Below are positions 24,404 through 28,629 of a DNA stretch of 28,629 nucleotides, piece after piece; positions within the stretch are counted from its first letter, which is position 1, and each line of letters starts with the position of its first letter. The notes under the pieces were generated by a model, which saw only the letters and a program-made list of their open reading frames with translations, was not told where the DNA came from and did no database searches. The position numbers and the translations under genes are program-made. The stretch spans positions 1 through 28,629 of the IMG/VR virus record IMGVR_UViG_3300051213_000082; one strand, 5' to 3'. This DNA comes from a virus. Taxonomy: Duplodnaviria > Caudoviricetes.

Positions 24404-24802
24404 ATGTCTTTTAATAATTTGAAGCTTGAGGAGCTTCGTAAGGTCGCAGAAACATTTGCGGTAGATCATGAATCAGCCAAGAACAAGGCAGACCTAATCG
24501 CCCTACTCGCAGAAGAGGGTGTAAGCTATGAAATGTATAATAGTTTTATTAACGCTGAAAAAGGCGAAGCAGAAGTAGAAGAAAAGAAAACAACGGGATC
24601 AAAGCCAAATACCGAACTCAAGGGTGGCCAAGTCCTAGTAAAGATGGAAAGAATGAACCCAAGATATGATGTAAATGCATTCACATTTACAAAAGAAAAT
24701 CCATTTATCGTAATGTCTGAGAAAGACGCACAGGAGATTTTTGACACACAGGAAGGTTTCAGACTTGCCACTCCCAAGGAGGTACAGGAGTTTTACTCCT
24801 AA
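24404..24802 (+). CDS. Protein with a Rho-N/HeH-like N-terminal helical domain
   Basis: 132 aa with GAGGAG RBS. LKLEELRKVAETFAV...KNKADLIALL fits the helix-extended-helix pattern often seen after capsid genes. Confidence 0.6.
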   Translation: MSFNNLKLEELRKVAETFAVDHESAKNKADLIALLAEEGVSYEMYNSFINAEKGEAEVEEKKTTGSKPNTELKGGQVLVKMERMNPRYDVNAFTFTKENPFIVMSEKDAQEIFDTQEGFRLATPKEVQEFYS

Positions 24803-24810
24803 TTAATTAA

Positions 24811-25740
24811 ATGGAGTTATACACAGGTAGGACCCAAAAGGTATATCTTGATGTTTATGTTAGCGATGAGCTTAGAGACACAGATTCATTACCACAGGTC
24901 AATATTTACGATTTAAACACAGACGTTCTTATTGTTGCTGGAACAGCAGCCAAAGAGTCTGATGATGAAGGTCACTACAGCTTTGTAGTCAGAGATGACT
25001 TTGTAATGACAGATAAGATGATTAAGGTTGTCTGGACTTACTCTGTAGACTTCAATCAGATGACTACTGTGGACGCTTACCATGTTGTAACTCCATACCT
25101 TTCTATTCATGACGTATACACCAAACTACACTTTGGCCGTGAGCCAGGGGATGCTAATTATGTATCATATCATCAGGTTAGAGAGGCAGAGAAGTTTGCA
25201 AGATTTATGATAGAGAACTTTACTGGAGTAAATTTTGGAAAACAGGAAAAGACAGTCTCTGCATACGGACAAGACGCAGACGTATTATTTTTAGGAGAAA
25301 GAATTATCTCTTACTCTGTTATCAAGGAGAATAATAAGCTTGCTATTGATACCGTAAATTCAATTAATAATTTTAATTTTGCAGTAAACATTACAGAAAC
25401 AAACCATGCTCTTAGAATTTATTCTGAAGAGGACATTAACGAGGGCGGGATGAAAGATATCGTTTATCCGCACTACGGTAGCTTTGTACAAGGATACAAG
25501 TATGACATTACTGGAGTATTTGGATGGAAGTCTGTTCCAGAAAAAGTACAAACTGGAGCACTCATGCTAGTAAGAGATTATTTTAGCAAGGATCATATCT
25601 GGAGATCTAGATTTGTTCAGAGCGTATCATACGGAGATACAGATATGGAATTTTCTAAGTTAGCGTTCAGAGGGACTGGTAATTTTTATGTGGATAAGCT
25701 CCTTGAAGAGTATAAGTCCACAAACATGGCGGTAATTTAA
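24811..25740 (+). CDS. Head-tail connector/adaptor protein
   Basis: 309 aa. AEKFARFMIENFTG...ITGVFGWKSVPEKVQTGALMLVRDY...VDKLLEEYK resembles gp6/gp15-type adaptors, and the gene position fits. Confidence 0.7.
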   Translation: MELYTGRTQKVYLDVYVSDELRDTDSLPQVNIYDLNTDVLIVAGTAAKESDDEGHYSFVVRDDFVMTDKMIKVVWTYSVDFNQMTTVDAYHVVTPYLSIHDVYTKLHFGREPGDANYVSYHQVREAEKFARFMIENFTGVNFGKQEKTVSAYGQDADVLFLGERIISYSVIKENNKLAIDTVNSINNFNFAVNITETNHALRIYSEEDINEGGMKDIVYPHYGSFVQGYKYDITGVFGWKSVPEKVQTGALMLVRDYFSKDHIWRSRFVQSVSYGDTDMEFSKLAFRGTGNFYVDKLLEEYKSTNMAVI

Positions 25741-26171
25741 TGATTGGCTCATACTCAGTAGAAGCCAAATACGCAATGCTTGCAGACATTTATCGTGTCC
25801 AGCAAAAGCGTGATGAGAATACTGGGGAAATTAAAAGAGAATGGCTATATGCAGAAACTGTATCATGCCTAGCTAAATCGATTATTTCATCTGGCGTCCG
25901 CACTCCATCTAATGATAGAACAATTGACAACAGATATATTATTGAAGAGATTATTAAGATCAATACCGTAGAAAAGCTTTCTAGAAATTCTAAGATAACA
26001 AACATTAGAGATCTAAAGGGTCAGGTTCTTTGGGAAGAAGCAGAAGTTTTAAATAACCCTCCTACTATGTTTTCCATAGTTGGATCTACTCCAATTGTAG
26101 ATGCTTTCGGCCAGATCCTTGAATACGAAACAACACTACAGAGGAGCGAAATTCAGAATGCCCTCTCTTAA
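25740..26171 (+). CDS. Putative head closure (stopper) protein
   Basis: 143 aa, beta-rich, TAATG-coupled to the adaptor gene. The call rests mainly on synteny. Confidence 0.5.
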   Translation: MIGSYSVEAKYAMLADIYRVQQKRDENTGEIKREWLYAETVSCLAKSIISSGVRTPSNDRTIDNRYIIEEIIKINTVEKLSRNSKITNIRDLKGQVLWEEAEVLNNPPTMFSIVGSTPIVDAFGQILEYETTLQRSEIQNALS

Positions 26172-26910
26172 AGTAATTACAAATGCTTCTGATACTATTG
26201 CAAATGCTATGGCATATGTAGAAGGTGTTGCCAAGTCTACTAGAACTTATGAAGTTGACCAGGCTGTAGGACAAGCCGTCACAGCAATTGCAGAGAAGTC
26301 TTTAGCTGCATTTATTGACACTGAGGCTAGACTAAGCCCAAAGTCATTGCACCACGTTTATGAGTGGGGCAGAGTGGGAACACCACTGGGAAGATTATGG
26401 AAAATAACTGGTCAGTATAAAACTGGCGCAATTGTCTTGTCATCTGACTTTAAGCAGTCACGCACTTATGTACCAATTAAAAACGGGACAGTAAGACGAC
26501 ACAAGTTTACATATAAGGCTGATGTTATGGAAAAGGGGCAGACTGTAAGAATCACAGCAAAGAATGCACAGGCACTCTTCTTCTATTCAAATGACGGCAC
26601 TCCTGTATTCATTCCAAAAGGACGCTTTGTTACAGTAAGAACTCCTGGCGGAAGAGAAGTTCGAGGGGCATACCAGAAGACAATGTTTAGATTTATTAAC
26701 TCTGCTAGACTAAATGCTGATATGGCAAAGTCACCTTTGTTTAAAGAGATAGAAAGAGCACAGGCGCTTGCAGGAATGCAAATGCCTAGGTCAGTAACAG
26801 GAAAGCAGTCAAGAAGATCGTTCCAGGCAATTGGTGAAGCAACAGCTTCTAAGCATATTCGCCAAGTGGCAAGGTCATATGAGAAAGCGAAGCGTGATGT
26901 AAATGGCTGA
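26158..26910 (+). CDS. Putative neck/tail-completion protein (basic)
   Basis: Start moved to ATG 26158, with GAGGAG at 26141. Lies between the stopper and tail terminator positions. Confidence 0.5.
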   Translation: MPSLKVITNASDTIANAMAYVEGVAKSTRTYEVDQAVGQAVTAIAEKSLAAFIDTEARLSPKSLHHVYEWGRVGTPLGRLWKITGQYKTGAIVLSSDFKQSRTYVPIKNGTVRRHKFTYKADVMEKGQTVRITAKNAQALFFYSNDGTPVFIPKGRFVTVRTPGGREVRGAYQKTMFRFINSARLNADMAKSPLFKEIERAQALAGMQMPRSVTGKQSRRSFQAIGEATASKHIRQVARSYEKAKRDVNG

Positions 26911-27421
26911 TTATAGCAAGACAGCACTAACTAATGTGCTAAAGGTTTTGTGGCGGGAACTCAAGGATAGCTCAGTACTTAATCCTAATGATTATCCTCC
27001 TGTATACAGAGACCCATTTGGTCCAATATTTTCTGTCCAGCAAAGTGGACAAAGAGAACAATTTATTAGGCCAGATGCTCCATACATTGTCTATGACTAC
27101 GATATCGTAGGATATGACACTGACTGGGTTATTTGCCAAGATAGATTAACATTTAAGATTTATTCAACAACATTAACAGAGACAATCAAGATCATGAATG
27201 TCATGTTAGACCTATTTAGAAGATTCGATGAATCTGCTAAGACGGTAAATGAGTATGTGAAGGACGTAGATCCTACCAGCCCATTTGCCTACAAATACTT
27301 TTCCCTTACTGAGGCAAACTCACCTAATCCAGCCGCTGAGCTGCAGGGTGAACTAGAGGCTGACCTAGCCATAGTATATTCTTACACTAGGGATTTAAAT
27401 TCGGAAGGAAGATTTGCCTAA
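26903..27421 (+). CDS. Putative tail terminator protein
   Basis: 172 aa with APYIVYDY and LTFKIYS motifs, immediately upstream of the major tail gene. Confidence 0.55.
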   Translation: MADYSKTALTNVLKVLWRELKDSSVLNPNDYPPVYRDPFGPIFSVQQSGQREQFIRPDAPYIVYDYDIVGYDTDWVICQDRLTFKIYSTTLTETIKIMNVMLDLFRRFDESAKTVNEYVKDVDPTSPFAYKYFSLTEANSPNPAAELQGELEADLAIVYSYTRDLNSEGRFA

Positions 27422-27442
27422 TAACCCCAGTTCAAGTATTAT
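27414..27442 (+). promoter_or_regulatory. Putative promoter TTGCCT-N17-TATTAT
   Basis: Exact 17-nt spacing upstream of the major tail gene, with the same -35 as at 19972. Confidence 0.5.
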
Positions 27443-27503
27443 TGGATTTGAGGAAATGCCGCAAAACTTATATCCTAAAAAAAGGAGGAGGTGAAATAAA
27501 TAA

Positions 27504-28172
27504 ATGGCAACAAACGTTCGTAATATTATTATCGGTGCAGCAAGAATTTTCATTTCTGCAAAAGATTCAACATCAGCAGACTGGTCTGACTCATATCAGG
27601 ACGGTCTAGATCCATTCGCAGTAGCAACACAGCCTACTGGCTCATACGTATCAGACGCAAACTTTGGTACAGGTAAGGTTTTGGATTCAACAAAGTGGAA
27701 AGACGTCGGATTCACATCTGAAGGTCTTGAAGTTATGTATGAACCAACATATGGTGAAGTAGAAGTAGACCAGCAGCTCGACGTTGCGAAGCTTTTCAAG
27801 TCTTCACAGCGTGTTATGCTTCGTACAACTCTTACAGAAGGTACACTTCGCAATATGATGGTGGTCTTTGGTGAGAAAGAAGCAAATCTTAAGTCTTATG
27901 ACAGCGTAGCTGACTCCCGTCTTGATCTCTCAGTAGGTGCTCTTAACGAAGAGCCAACAGAGCGTCAATTCATCGCAGTTGGAAACGCACCAACAACTTC
28001 AACAGGCGCAGACCGTGAGCGTGTTTACTATGCTCGTCGTGTTCTATCTGTAGAAGCGTCAAACCACTCTCTACGTCGTAACGAAGCAACTGTGTTCCCA
28101 GTGACATTCCGTCTCTTGGGTGACCCACGTTACTCAGATACATACGGTAGAATCGTAGATCGCTTGATCTAA
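27504..28172 (+). CDS. Major tail (tube) protein
   Basis: 222 aa with GGAGGAGGTG RBS. Motifs NIIIGAARIF, DVGFTSEGLEVMYEP..GEVEVDQ and FPVTFRLL. Followed by a terminator and a chaperone gene. Confidence 0.85.
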   Translation: MATNVRNIIIGAARIFISAKDSTSADWSDSYQDGLDPFAVATQPTGSYVSDANFGTGKVLDSTKWKDVGFTSEGLEVMYEPTYGEVEVDQQLDVAKLFKSSQRVMLRTTLTEGTLRNMMVVFGEKEANLKSYDSVADSRLDLSVGALNEEPTERQFIAVGNAPTTSTGADRERVYYARRVLSVEASNHSLRRNEATVFPVTFRLLGDPRYSDTYGRIVDRLI

Positions 28173-28190
28173 ATTTAAATCGTAAGATTA

Positions 28191-28224
28191 GCGGGACCCC
28201 CAGAAATGGGGGTCTTGTCTTTTT
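28191..28224 (+). terminator. Intrinsic terminator after the major tail gene
   Basis: GCGGGACCCCCA-GAAA-TGGGGGTCTTGT followed by CTTTTT. Confidence 0.85.
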
Positions 28225-28243
28225 ATCCCTAGTTTGCTATAAT
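28215..28243 (+). promoter_or_regulatory. Promoter TTGTCT-N17-TATAAT with extended -10
   Basis: The -35 lies in the terminator's 3' arm. TGCTATAAT is at 28235-28243. Confidence 0.6.
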
Positions 28244-28268
28244 TATTAAGACTATTTAGGAGGTCACT

Positions 28269-28604
28269 TTGGCTACCACACTATACGATACAGTGGAAAT
28301 TGAATTACAAGACGGAAGAAAGGCAATACTTAAGCCACTTCCAATTAAGCGACTAAAAGAATTTATGAAGGTCGTTACTAAGCTAGATACAGTAAAAGAC
28401 GAAGAAGAAGCAATTGATATTTTTATCGAAGCAAGTGCTATTGCTCTTAGAAAAAGCTTGCCAGAATTAGCAGCTGATAAAGAGGCCCTAGAAGAGGCCC
28501 TAGACGTTCCAACTATTTGGAAAATCATGGAAATCTGCGGAGGAATTAAACTTGGTGATCCAAATTTAATGGCGGCAGCGACCAAGATGAGTGGGACAAA
28601 CTAA
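28269..28604 (+). CDS. Tail assembly chaperone (lambda gpG-like)
   Basis: 111 aa, TTG start with AGGAGG RBS, directly after the major tail gene, with a slippery heptamer near its 3' end. Confidence 0.75.
   Translation: MATTLYDTVEIELQDGRKAILKPLPIKRLKEFMKVVTKLDTVKDEEEAIDIFIEASAIALRKSLPELAADKEALEEALDVPTIWKIMEICGGIKLGDPNLMAAATKMSGTN
28562..28568 (+). other. Putative -1 programmed ribosomal frameshift site A AAT TTA
   Basis: X XXY YYZ heptamer in the correct frame. The -1 frame is open from here to the window end. Confidence 0.6.
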
Positions 28605-28629
28605 CTAATAAAACTAAGTCTTCCTCAAC

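Noticed and set aside
8616-26157. Longer ORF-track starts at 8616, 9344, 11916, 15348, 15794 and 26101
   Set aside because: Downstream starts (8652, 9368, 11931, 15417, 15806, 26158) have an RBS or stop-start coupling and avoid long overlaps.
875-28585. Minus-strand ORFs and short alternative-frame plus-strand ORFs in the track (e.g. 1096..1371, 5813..6181, 12849..13247, 26583..26927, 28256..28585)
   Set aside because: All lie within longer, motif-bearing + strand genes. Their Pro/His/Thr/Ser-rich sequences are what antisense or shifted Gly codon runs produce, and I saw no supporting RBS or motifs.
1-28629. Stop-codon reassignment, introns/inteins, tRNAs or invertible segments
   Set aside because: Genes tile the strand densely under the standard code, and TAA, TAG and TGA all act as stops. 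Portal, capsid and halogenase have normal lengths. Intergenic gaps are too short for RNA genes, and there is no recombinase or inverted gene.

Overview
A 28.6 kb, AT-rich (roughly 38-40% GC by eye) segment of a large tailed-phage genome, probably a siphovirus. Every credible gene is on the + strand and many are translationally coupled by TAATG or ATGA overlaps. The right part (20030-28629) is a canonical morphogenesis block: portal, HK97-type prohead protease with a probable nested scaffold, major capsid, head-tail/neck proteins, major tail protein, and a tail assembly chaperone with a -1 slippery site. No terminase lies in the window. The left part (1-19969) is a large array of fibre/adhesin-like genes built from duplicated modules: a 4-gene cassette present twice (227-2358 and 4602-6704) and a 2-gene module present twice (about 11650-13520 and 15417-17620). 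It also holds five glycine-rich tip proteins with conserved poly-Gly runs and variable loops, a Kelch-like protein and a LamG-like protein. A separately promoted enzyme cassette is inserted in the middle of this array (6712-10069): a flavin-dependent tryptophan-halogenase-family enzyme, a small membrane protein and two paralogous dUTPase-fold/DUF6065-like proteins. Gene order and apparently leaderless promoters suggest an actinobacterial host (inference). All family calls come from motif recognition by eye, not from database searches.
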